Assembly (NCBI GenBank): GCA_021432655.1
Contig: MU271310.1
Coordinates: 1 to 64,000, forward strand
From: Atractiella rhizophila
Lineage: Eukaryota
DNA: 64,000 bases
Direction: 5' to 3'
In this document: piece after piece, positions 1-11,684 of the stretch
How the letters are laid out: every line of letters begins with the position of its first letter
Numbering within the stretch: the stretch's first letter is position 1
The notes under the pieces: model-generated
What the model saw: the letters and a program-made list of their open reading frames with translations, nothing else
What the model was told of the DNA's origin: nothing
The model's database searches: none
Made by a program: the position numbers and the translations under genes

Positions 1-1297
1 TATTACGATCCGAAAGGAAATCGTCCGACGGCATATGCGCAAGTGCTCCTACTTTGCGGACAATTTGAGACTTTTGTGGATATGATGAACAAGGCAGTTG
101 GATACCAGACTGATTCTGTCCATTTCGCACTAGTTTTGAGCTATTATGGTCTGCTCAGAAGCACTACGAAGTCAAACACCAGCGATGGCGAGCTATGTAA
201 GCTTGGTTCTGAAACCTATTATTCGTTAGACTTACCAGAATACAGTATATGTGGATGGAAAGCGAGCATATATCAACTACTGTCGTCTCATCTACCGTTA
301 TGTTCGCCCAATTTCTCGCAGCAGCGCACCTGAAGCCCTACAATACCTCTACACTATCTCATTCCACTCCGACTACGCACCAGAACACAACGCCATTTGC
401 AAAAGTTATATCAAGGGCCTAGTTGTCGAGACTTCGGATTCCTCCGCTTTAGTAGGGCAGATCCTTCCGAATGGTGACAAACGCGAAGGCCAATTGCAAA
501 AGGACATCGCCCTCTTGCCAACAGACGGTGGCAGCCATTTTTTGAAAGAGGTGATAAATGCTGCTGCAGAACGAGCGGAAGAAGAAAAACGTTTCAGCGA
601 CGCCATTCATCTCTATCATCTCAGCGAAGACTACGACGCCATGATATCTGTCCTCAACATCGAACTCGGAAACTCTCTCTCCAGACCATTGCGGAATGAC
701 GGCATGGGTGTGGAAGATGAGACTTTGTCGCTAGCCAAAGGTATCCTCGGCTATGTACAGAGCAGCGCGACTATTATGGCGAACTTGAAAAGGGTGAATA
801 AGGAGACGGCAGAAATATTGATTCAACTATGTGACGTTTTGACTCTTTTTGAGCGGGCAGAGTACCAGGAGGCACTTAACGTACGTCGGCACAATACCGA
901 GTTTTCCAAGTTTGTAACTGATTAGTTGCAGAGCATACGACGCCTAGGTGTCGTTCCACTAGATGGAGACCTTGTCTCCATAATTCGAAAAGCGGACGAA
1001 TTCAAGGAATTGGATCCCGCAATAGCCCGCAACTTTGATAACGTTTTGCTGGCGACTATGACAATTCTCTCAAGGTTGCATGAGCAGTTGAAGGATTCGC
1101 CCTATGGCGAAGAAGCGAGGCAAAATGTACGGCTCTTCTTTTGTGGACTTGCTAGTACTAAGAATCATCACCAGCAAATGGCCCAGTTACGCAGTCAAGG
1201 AAAGGCCTTAGTCATGTTTGCTTCTATGCTGCGGTATAGGATGCTTTCGAGCGATACTTTCTCAGAACTGACAAGGCTAGATGTATCGATGCGCTGA
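1..1297 (+). CDS. NIC96: Nucleoporin Nic96/Nup93, 3' part (runs off the window start; about 3 introns in window)
   Basis: Spliced ORFs give DSVHFALVLSYYGLL, EALQYL, AEEEKRFSDAIHLYHLSEDYD and FASMLRYRM...LTRLDV, which I recognise as the Nic96 C-terminus; GT donors near 197, 881 and 1127. Confidence 0.88.
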
Positions 1298-1643
1298 GTA
1301 TTTGGCATATATTTTGCATGGGAGCTCCAGTTTGTCATTTCGCATCGCACTGCACAACGGGTGGAGGCACGCACGCTCAATGGTCTCTTGCTTATGCAAG
1401 ACATTGTTATCTGCTAGCATCCTTACAAATTGCGTGGATTTGAGGTGCAACCCGCATGAAATAACTTAGTGCCCCTCCCATGAGCTGGGTAGGGAGGAAT
1501 GTAGTTCGGCAGTGCCAAAAGTAGTTTTGCAGCCCGCCATCCACAAAGCGAAGCTCTAGTACCAGCAGATGAACAAAGATGCAGAGAACCCATTATAATA
1601 CAGAAGAAAAAAGGACGGAAAAGAGCGTCTATTGCGAACCACG

Positions 1644-2781
1644 TCAATAATTATAACCACCTTTATTAGAAGAGTAATCATCCTGTTGCGCCAACAATGG
1701 ATCCTTGACGTCCCTAAGGCTGATATTAGTCAAAATGTAACTACGAGCATGAGGTGACGTGCCATTGAGCCAGTTTGGAACCGACGGAAAATTCCAGATC
1801 CTCTTTGGTGATGGAATCCCAATATTTGTAAACCATCATAACGCTCAACAAGAACAGGAGATTGCCAAAGAAAAGTCCGTCAATGTAGTGCTCTGCGAAG
1901 TCGCAAATCTTGACGCTGAATCCGTAGGTGAGAACCAATCCAGCGGCAAAGAAAGCGGTCCCAAAGGCGATATCTCCGATTGGCCAGCGGTCCTCAAGTG
2001 TACGTAGTACGAGAATAAACTGAGACACGATGTAGACAACCGCGCAGACACCGTCGAAGATGAACAAAAGGATCCAGATACCGGTGCCTTTCTCGGGAGA
2101 AAAGGGGCCAATATTCTTAAAAGTAGCGATTGCTACAAAGAACGTGATACCGAAAACGATGAAGGATGAAATGCGAAGAGTCTGTCAACTCTTCATCAGC
2201 TACGTTGTGGGCTGCGAGGAGTACGCACCCATAGTGAAGCCGGTGTTCCATCCTCTGCAAATTGGAAGCCGACGAAGCCGTTGAGGAGCAGACACCAAAA
2301 TGTTGCACAAATGAGGGCTGTGTGTGCAGCTGCGAAGTACTTGAACAGCACGATGAGCAACGACGAAGATGACTATTTTGGAACGTACCTCATACACTGG
2401 TGAGCTGGTCGGTATGATGCCGCTGTCGAGAAATGCAGCAAGTATTTCGATAGCAGCGTAGAGGTAGAAGAAAAGGACAATCTCCTTCCGTCCTACTGCA
2501 GTGTACTTTGATCGAATGTGGAACACCATGATAGTCACCATGATGAGAGCAACGATATGAATAAAGGAAGTAGCTTCGGAAAGGTCTCAACATCTCAGAA
2601 CGCCTTGAGGAGGCAGAACAGACTGACCTGGTTGGAAAATGAGTGTGTTCCCAATTTCGACGTTGCGGGAGTAGCAGGTGGGTTCGATTCCACCTCCCCC
2701 CGTGCCGAGCAGAGGGCAAACAATAAGAGACACCTCCTCACATATCTTCTCGAAGCTGCCGAATGAGAATCCACCACTCAT
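1644..2781 (-). CDS. CHS7: Chitin synthase III export chaperone Chs7 (multi-exon)
   Basis: FGSFEKIC...CPLLG...[30 protein letters not shown], and [19 protein letters not shown]; last exon [23 protein letters not shown] follows a GC-AG intron at 1714-1762. Confidence 0.93.
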
Positions 2782-3448
2782 CGCCGAAAATCATTCACTG
2801 GGTATTGGTTGACAGTAATTGAAGTGACGCTCCTTCGCAGCGTACCCCTAGGGGCTGTGTTAAGCCTTTGCCTTTGTGCAGGATTTATGTTATTCTCATC
2901 AGCAGCATCTAATCGAGTGGCTCGTGGAGCTGGGATGAGCGTCTCTGAGCTCTTGTTTCTCAAATGTGGCTGTTTCACGACATTCTCACAGGATATCATT
3001 AATATATCATTAGCTTCAAAGCACAAAGACCGTGACTTTGTCCTGTGGGAAAGTAGCGTCCATGCTGAGGATGTTCGACTGGAATTGCGACTAGCATGAC
3101 TGCATTGACTTGACATGACTGAGATTGCAACGTTGAAAGATTGAAATTACTGTGAGATTGAATGCTGGGATGTTGAGAGCACTCCAGCAGATAATCGACA
3201 TCGATAAGGTTCCAAGCTGACCCCGCGACTCCGAGGAAGCGCTTATCACACCTTCCGAACACCTTCTCTCCACCAAAAACCATATCCACATCAGCACACG
3301 CCTCCGTCCTCCCTTTGATCTCCTCGGTTTCTCCCAAATCATACCGCAAGTATCGCGCGACTTCTCGGACTAGCAGTAAGTAAAATGGTTCACTCGTGGT
3401 ACACCGTCTCAGTAGCCTTCGACAGCTATACCAACCCCTCCGCTCGCG

Positions 3449-6102
3449 ATGAACGTCAAGCGTCGTAGGTCAGAGGAGGAATCAACTCCCAGTATACTCG
3501 AGTCACAACCACCATCGTCGCAATACCAACATTCCCCTTTCATGTACCACCCTCCAAACTCCAGCGATATCCCCTCCAACACTGACCCGTTCACACCAAA
3601 GCGACCCTTGAGTGGTCCCTCCCCACGGCATGGGTACCCTTACCCGCCGTCACCCTCGCCAGAATCATCTCCTCCCACGTCTAAAGCCATCTCCTTACCC
3701 CCACTTCAGTATGACGAAGTTCCCAAGAGCCTCAAAGAGGCTTCATTAGGCACGCCGGAAGTGCCAATTTCACCACCCTTAAAAGCACGATCGAGACTGC
3801 GAGGTAGTTTCTGGGGAGGTCCGCCTTCGGAAAAGCCGCCGAGTACTGCGAGTACCAGCTACACTGGCTACACTGCCCACACATCTGCATACCAACAGAG
3901 CCTGATAGCAAAAAGTTTGTTAGGAGAGGTCACAACGCCTGGGGAGGATGGTGTCTTAAAGCGAGATTGGGATTGGTTTGCGAGCTGGAGTATGGGTATG
4001 CTTAATGTCGGATTCCTACCAGGTACGGTGTTCGATTAATGTCGGTCATGGGGTAATAATGATTCATAGGCGTATTTTTTGGAGTTTTAACTGCGCGAGA
4101 ATATGGAGGTTCAGGAATGATAGCAATAGGGTGGCCACTCGCCGGAATATTCATGACAGGTCTCGTGACCGTTCTGTCGGAGTTTTCTGGAGCATACCCC
4201 GTTGCCGGTATGTTTCTTATAGTAGCACGGCTGCATTACTGATTTGCTCTCAGGTGCGATGTTTACATGGGTCTTTCGGCTATGTCGAGTGACGTCCAGC
4301 CCTTTCAAGGGATCGGCAAGGTTTCTTAGTTGGCTAGCCGGAAGCTTTTTGCTCTGTAGCCACATTTTAGCTCAAGTAGCTTTGAGTTGGCAGTTTGGTA
4401 AGGCGTCATTCCCTTTGCTGATACTTTGGCTCATTTCAAGAGTAGCTGTTGTCATCCAGGGCTGTGTGAAAGTCTACATCACCAGCTATCAAGGCACGAT
4501 GTGGCGGACAGTAGCTATCGCCTGGGGAAACATTTTCTTCTGCGCCGCATTTGTCTCCATGCCAGTATCTCGCTCTCCCTACCTCTGGCGATGCGCGGGC
4601 TGCCTTCTCATTTTTGCTTTCCTCTTCTTCAATATATCACTTCTCGCCGCCGCACCGAACAAACGCTCAGCTTATGATATTTTCACGAGTTATGAAAACG
4701 ATACAGGATTTTCCACGAAAGGATACGTGTACCTGCTTGGATGGGTACTAACGACTTTGGCCACCGGGATGGATGCTTGCGCCCACATGGCTGAGGAAAC
4801 AAGGGCTCCTGCCCGCACAGTACCTAGTTCAATGTTTTGGACAAGCGTTGGAAGCTACATAATGGGTTGGATCGTAAGTCGCTCCAAATGATTCAACAGA
4901 TTCAACAATGGCTGATCATTGCATCCAGTCTCTTTGCGTTTATCTCGCCTGCGACAATACGCCACCCCCAGGTTCTAATAGGGCTGACTCTGGCGAAGCT
5001 GTCGTCAACGTGACTCCAACCGTTGAAATCAGTTGGGAACCGTCACGCATCCTCATCACAAACCTTTCCCCTGCTTTGACAGTTACCACCCTCGCGCTCA
5101 TCTTAACAGTTATGATATTACAAGACATCGCGCAGCTCCTAGCCTCCTCGCGCTTTGTTTGGGCTCTCGCACGAGACAAGGCGATCCCTTTGTCTCCCTT
5201 TTTTCGTCGGTTATCGAAGAACCTTCTCCCACTCCACGCAACCTGGGTTGTCGGTTCCGTCGTCTTCCTTTGCGTCCTCCTTATTACGGTCAACCGCGAT
5301 CTGGTAAACAACCTCATGCTAAAAGGCACAGGCGTGGCGATATTCATCGCATATATCTTCCCAGTTATCGTGTATTTGTGCTGCGATAGCGATAGTTTGG
5401 TTGTTGACGGCCGGAATTTGTGGACCGTACGCGGATTCGTGCGGCCGTTAAGCTATGTGTCGACCCTTTTCGTGGTCTTCATCCTCGTTTGCATGAGTTT
5501 TCCGACTAACCTACCTCTGACTGCCTGTATGTCATTTGTCCTACTTGAGTTAATGACTTACTCGAGATTGCAGTGACTTTTCCTTGGGCTCCAGTGGTAG
5601 GAATCGGGGTCTTGTGCCTGTCCACTCTTTCGTGGATATTCTACGGGAACAGTAAGCCATTAGATTTTTACATTCGTGTCTCACACGTCGTCGTTCAGGT
5701 CGGTACGCTGGACCTATTAAGGCGACTCTGGGGCCTTCTGTAGAATTACCGAAATCACAACCGCGATCGTCACGGCCGGATGACAACAGCAATTCCTCTG
5801 AAGACCGCCACGGCAAGACAGCCCAAGTTTGGGTGCGGTCCCTCTCCACAATCCATACTTCAGGAGAACAGCTTCATGAAATTACTTCTGTCACACATCA
5901 ACCCAAATTCGAGTATCAAGGTCGTATCCAACGAATACCACCTCCAGGACTCCCAAAAGACGAAGAAGCTGTCGCCATTGCTGTGGAGACTGAACGTCGG
6001 ATCCAGCGTTTGCAACCTCCAGGCCATGCGCAAGAAAATCTAGGTGTTGATTCAGTGGACGCAGAACGGGAAGGCTTTCCTTGGAATATTTTATCACGGT
6101 AA
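3449..6102 (+). CDS. APC-superfamily amino-acid/polyamine/GABA permease with a long Pro/Ser-rich N-terminal extension (multi-exon)
   Basis: Spliced LSEFSGAYPVAGAMFTWV, GMDACAHMAEETRAPARTVP and SSRFVWALARDKAIPLS motifs plus many hydrophobic segments; start codon uncertain. Confidence 0.85.
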
Positions 6103-6364
6103 CAAGATTAGAGTCGTGTGGCCTTGTGTGATGAGATTCTGCAATTGGAGTCGTTTGGAAGCTTTTGTTGTTATTCTCGCTTTGTTTGTAATTCTGTGTT
6201 GTATTTTTTGCATTGCCACATCTTGCAGGAAATGAATCTTCTCAGCCACGCTTAAGATCAAGTGGGATTTCTCAACGGAATCTGTGTAGCTAGCTGTCTT
6301 TGCCCTATTTAGGAACAACGATTCTCAAAACCTCAAGGCATCTCAACTGGTTCATGTAGCAGGA

Positions 6365-7389
6365 TCATGACGCTTTGTTATTCCAAATCCAAATTGTGCC
6401 CTCTCCTCCTCCAGCAATGGTCTCAGAGCCATCCTTCCTCTCCAGATTTTCAACCACGCAATTTAATTGTTTGTCGGAGATCTTTTCTCGCTCAATCAAG
6501 CCGCCATCAATGAGATTCCATCTCCATAAAAACCCGTCCTCGTCGCCGGAAATGACGCTCTGTTCTTTATGACCAAAACACGGCGCGATGCGATATGAGT
6601 CGTTTTTGTGCCCTTCGAAGGTTTGCAGAGCTGATCCATTGGCAAGATCGAGAAGTACAACTTGCGCTGCCACTTTTCGAGAGGAAAGCAGAGAAACCAA
6701 GATGGTCTGACCGTCCTTCGAAGGCATCAAAGAAGTAATTGGTCCTGCACAGAGATGCCATTTTAGCTAAAACATGTCGATACTAAACCGTAAGAGAGAG
6801 CTAAACTCACTGCCCATAAAATCACAGGTCAGCTGCCCTTTACGAAGGTCATAAGTTCGCAGATATCCGTCTACGCATCCGGTGTAGATGGTTGATGACT
6901 GCGTCACAATAGATGAGATGCTGTCCTTTGCATCATCTAACGACTGTATGGGCAGTCGATTTTGGCTCTTGAGGTCCCAAATTTTCACCGAGGCATCGTA
7001 GCTGCCTTGTCTAGCGGTCAAAATTCGTCTTCTTGCCACAAAGGCCTACCTGAACAAAGCACAGTGTCCTGTTCATTAATGCACACTGTATTAATCTTTC
7101 CTCTATGTCCCGCAAATCGTCGGATGACCTTTCCTGTCCCTACATCCCACCAGAACACGCTCCGATCACCTCCACCGGATGCAAAGTTGGAGTTTGAGGA
7201 GGCAACAGAGAGCGAAAGTACTTCATAGCCGTGCTCTTTGTAGGTTTGAACCAAGTTGGCCGACGAGGGATTGAAGAGGCGGATGCTTTGGTCGGAAGAG
7301 CCTGCAAGGAAGTAGGAGCATCCGTTGTTGTATACGAGACAGTTGATCGGAGACTTTGTTGCTCGTAGAGTGTGTGAAGGGACTGCCAT
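6365..7389 (-). CDS. WD40-repeat protein, MORG1/WDR83-like
   Basis: SSDQSIRLFNP...LVQTYKEHGYEV, FASGGGDRSVFWWDV...FAGH, SYDASVKIWDLKSQNRLPIQSLDDAKDSISS; two introns. Confidence 0.85.
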
Positions 7390-7736
7390 CTTTAGACCCA
7401 ATGATAATCAATTTCACCTAGCCATCCAGTGAATACATCAACCACTGCCTTCCAAGAAAATGAAGGAATGCCCGAATGTTTTATTCACCCAATTACTAGA
7501 AAACGGCATGAAAGTCGTACCTTTACCCATCTCAAAGACAAACGCACATATTCCACCAGCTCCCTAGCTGTTTTACTAGCTACCTTTAGCAGCCGTGATA
7601 ATAATCGACCCCTTGCAACTCTTTGCTTTCCGATTTCCTGGTAAACAAACACCCACAATAACAATAAGGTTGGTAGGGTTGAAGGTTGAGGACGACCAAG
7701 TCTTGCCCTTATCCATCCAACTGTTATCCTTACCAA

Positions 7737-8775
7737 ATGGGTCGCCACAGGCACTATAATAGGAGTTCGAACTCTTTGCTGAGCTTCGAACCTATTATAT
7801 GCAGGCAACCGAGTAACTCGTGGGAAGTCAATGCCACCTTGGAGGTTCGTCATTCCTCTTCCTCCTTAAACATGAGAATAATGGCGTTCAGTTCGCTAAC
7901 CGGAACTCCCGTCCTGCTGCCCCTCCTCCACCAATTGCTTTTTTCGGAAGCACGATGCTGGCACGCAGCCCCAGTTCGTCATCGGCCGCTTCAGTTAGCT
8001 CCAGCACACCGTCCAAACTGGTTGGATGGATCCCTTCTTCAATTTTGGAAGTTGTCGAAGGAGCTCAAGGACAAAGGAGAAACAGCGCCACGAGTGAGAC
8101 TGGGTCCTTATTCTCAGAAAAAAGGAGGATGAAACCTCGCTCGGAATGGGTAGTACGTCACCTCCGAGTTCTTGCCAACCGTCCCATTCTAATGAGCGGT
8201 CACAGCCTGACGAGGGAGCGACTATATGTCAAATGGAAGGATGTCACACTGAATTCACATTCTTCTCTAGGAAGCATCACTGTCGCCGCTGCGGCCACAT
8301 CGTCTGCTGGCGACACAGTCAAGGCCGGATGGATCTTCTGCCGCCACTTGATGCTACCTCCACCGACTCTTCTCCGGGGGCGAGCACCGTAGATATCACT
8401 GGAATGACTGGCAGTCAGTCGAGCTCTGTCAGTTCCAGCCCTCAAAGTAACGACTCCGCTGCTATCCACTCGGCGTGCATGCAGTCCACGTTAGTAAGGG
8501 TGTGCGATGATTGTTTCTGGGCAACACCAACATATCCCAACCTCTCTCTGACCGCGAGTCCGATGCCCTCGAATTACGTCCTTCATCCACCGCCACCCTC
8601 TTCTTCTCCGCCGACTTCTGGAATTGGAGCCGACCTTGGCGGGTATGTCATTGATGATGCGACTGCTCCTTCCGCATGCCTCGAAATCCCAAAGACGCAC
8701 AAACGCCAGAAGAGGAGATTGGAAAACGATCTTCCTCCTATGGGGTCGCCTCACTTTACGTGGTCATCATTCTAA
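7737..8775 (+). CDS. FYVE zinc-finger (PI3P-binding) protein
   Basis: After removing the intron at ~8153-8205: WVPD...C...C...RKHHCRRCGHIVC and RVCDDC, which are the FYVE signature motifs. Confidence 0.85.
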
Positions 8776-9200
8776 TTACTCCCTAACCTCAATAGCCTTG
8801 TTGTACCGTGTTCCGTCGTACATTGTTTGTCGCTGAATCTCGTCCGACGTCTCCTACCTCCTTACATATCGATAATCTATCGTGATATCCGTTATTGATC
8901 GTCGTTCTTTGACTGTTCTGTCGCTCATAATATTGAGTAGACTTTTATCTTCCCTACATTACTCTACGTCTAGGTGTTTCGATTTCATTTTGGGATCTCA
9001 TTCGTACCAACATATAGTAGCGGAGCTGACAAGAACCTTCAAACTCTTACACTTGCCTACATTTCTGCCGTTGTATTACTTATCTTTGCTTTCTTCGCTT
9101 TCTTCGATTCGATCATATGAGAGTGCTTTGGGCATCGTATATACCTTAAGAGCTTTTAGTTCTCCTGCAAGCTATGGCCAAGTCCGGATGCTATCTTGAG

Positions 9201-9657
9201 TTTTACACCAGCCCTGCTGGAACATGAACCGGTGCATGATTTAGGTGTAGGCTGTTTCGCTCACAGGTGGTGGATGGCGATGGAGGTACGTGCAGAAAGA
9301 AGAAAAGTGAACTCGAATTTCAAGAAAACGCTCGCACCAAACATTACCAAAGGAAGTATGGTTAAAAATGATAGAACTCCCAATCCAAAATTGAGAAGGA
9401 ATGGAGGCGACCTTCTGGCCAAATTGTCATTTTACACCAGCCCTGCTGGAACATGAACCGGTGCATGATTTAGGTGTAGGCTGTTTCGCTCACAGGTGGT
9501 GGATGGCGATGGAGGTACGTGCAGAAAGAAGAAAAGTGAACTCGAATTTCAAGAAAACGCTCGCACCAAACATTACCAAAGGAAGTATGGTTAAAAATGA
9601 TAGAACTCCCAATCCAAAATTGAGAAGGAATGGAGCGACCTTCTGGCCGAATTGTCA
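9201..9657. repeat. Near-perfect tandem duplication, ~229-bp unit, two copies
   Basis: 9201-9429 and 9430-~9657 appear identical except for one indel and one substitution near the unit end. Confidence 0.95.
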
Positions 9658-9771
9658 AAGAACAGCTAAGTGTTAAGAGCGGAAACATTAAAAGACGTCC
9701 CCAAAAAGGCGATTGATCCTTCCAGAATGTTAAAATTTTGAGGGTTCTTGGATGGTATCTTGACCGCAACT

Positions 9772-11422
9772 TCATTCGTCTTGTTGAGCCGATTGAGCAG
9801 CGAGTCGGCTTTCCAAATTCCTCAGGCTTTCTTCCTTCGCCAATAATTCCTGTCGTCCCTATATCAGCGCCGTTGATGAGGAGATAAAGAGTTGCAAACC
9901 TGTCTCTTCTCGCTTATTTCCCTTTGGACCTTTAACTCGATCTCCCGCAGTTTCTCCTCTAAGAGTAAAATCCACAATCAGCAGAGTCACTCAAGTTGTG
10001 GACAAGGAAGAGACGCACCTTCCCTCCTGAGCTGATCTTCCTTCAGCCTGACCGACTGGGTAGCCATGTCTTCAGGAAGGATGGACTGATCATTGTAATC
10101 GGAATTGACGGTCCTAGACAGTTTCTCCGTCCTGTAATTCTCATACAAAAAGTCGTGGGTGATTTCCTTCAAGTCGCTCAGGTGAGTGTTGAGTAAGGCA
10201 GACCTCAACCTTCCAAAATCGGAATGCTTGGGGTTATCGACCTCTGCTACTCCCCAAGGATAGCGTCTCGCGCGAACACCTTGTCCTCCCACATCAATCT
10301 CTTCTTCAGATCCAATGATGGCGAAAGGCATGAGAGCGCGAAGCTCGCTGTTATCCGCAATAGTCTCTTCGTCATCCTCTTCCACATCGTAAGGAAAGTT
10401 GTAAACGGGGATCTGGTAGTGCTCGATATCTTCCATGACCTACGGCTTTCAAATGAGGCAAGGAGAGAACGTTGAAAGGAGACTCACACGCTTCTTGAAA
10501 TCAGAGAGCTCTGAAGGCGTCATGCTATCCGCCTTTCCAACTACGGGAATGACGTTGACTCGGGGAGACAGTCTCCTCATCAGCTCAATGTCCAATTCCC
10601 TCAGACTGTAGAACGCGACGGTCAGCAATCCGCTGTCTTTGCGGTGGGGTAAACGGGATGCTCACGCGTGACCAGTAGGAGGGATGAAGTACAACAGGGC
10701 GTGAACTCTGTTGTCCCTGAAACGAGGGTTACGTTTGATCCTCGACTCTTCCGCCAAAATATCATCGTAACCCCTCTCAAGATGGCCAACGATTTCATTG
10801 AATGTGAATTCGTTGTCGATATTATCCCCGAATCCAGGACTGTCGGACAGAATGAGACGAAGCGTCAAGTGAGAGCAATTGAGAATAGGCAGACAGCGTA
10901 CGTGTCAACGATGGTGAGTGAGATTCTGACACCCTCTTCCTCCAACTCTGGGCAAAGAGTGTGACCCCCCACGACTTGGAACACACAGAGAAAAGACTAA
11001 CCAACTTTGATGGGCTTGATTTTGATACCCTCTTCAACGTGAGCCAAATCCGGTCGGTCGGACACTTTATGGGGTAGAACCTTTGGGTAAGGCTTCTAAG
11101 AATGCGAGGGAGTGGTGACTGAAGGAAAAGGCGAACCTCGCTCTCGCACAGCGTGTTCACAAACGTGGTTCGACCAGTCCCAGACTGACCTATTCCATTC
11201 AAAACGTCAATCTTTGTCAGGATGCCCAAATAACCACTTACCAACAACCATAAGGGTCTTTTTCGGAGAAAGTTGACATGAGAAGAGTTATGGAGGATAA
11301 ATGGCGAAGACTCACGAACTAGTCCAAAAGTTAGCGCGACGTGTCATTTTAAGAGCGAGAAAGAAAATACGGACCTGAAGACCCTTCTTGAGCACTTTCC
11401 TAGCTGGGCGGGGAGGAGCCAT
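9772..11422 (-). CDS. CDC11: Septin, Cdc11/AspA subgroup (many short exons, including a 3-nt exon)
   Basis: KKGLQ|F|TLMVVG|QSGTGRTTFVNTLC (Arg in place of the G1 Lys, as in Cdc11), DTPGFGD, DNRVHALLYFI, VGKADS, RRYPWG and a C-terminal coiled coil. Confidence 0.92.
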
Positions 11423-11684
11423 AAGGAAGTAAGTCGCCTTGAATAAGTGTTAAGAATACTAAAATCGTTGTTTCACCTCTTTCGGTTGTTCACGATAGGA
11501 CAAACATAGACAACCAATCAGCACTATTCCAATATCAACATTGTTTTTGTGCTCTGTCTGCAGATTTGCGGTCGCTATAGTATTTATCGTGTTGGCAGGT
11601 CAGGTAGCTCAGAGATTACTTGAATAGAATCCAACGTTTCCACGCGACGAAGAAAGCTCTGCTCCAGTGAACCAACTACCAAAT

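Noticed and set aside
2782..3448. Searched permease leaders and introns (also the MUP1 5' region) for a TPP riboswitch
   Set aside because: No CTGAGA...ATACC/GAACTTGAT...AGCG core found by eye.
6250..6265. TAAGATCAAGTG resembles part of U2 snRNA
   Set aside because: The branch-pairing GTAGTA and the U2 5' end are absent; chance match in a 3'-UTR region.
9196..9676. Two near-identical short ORFs
   Set aside because: By-products of the 229-bp duplication, antisense to a probable UTR.
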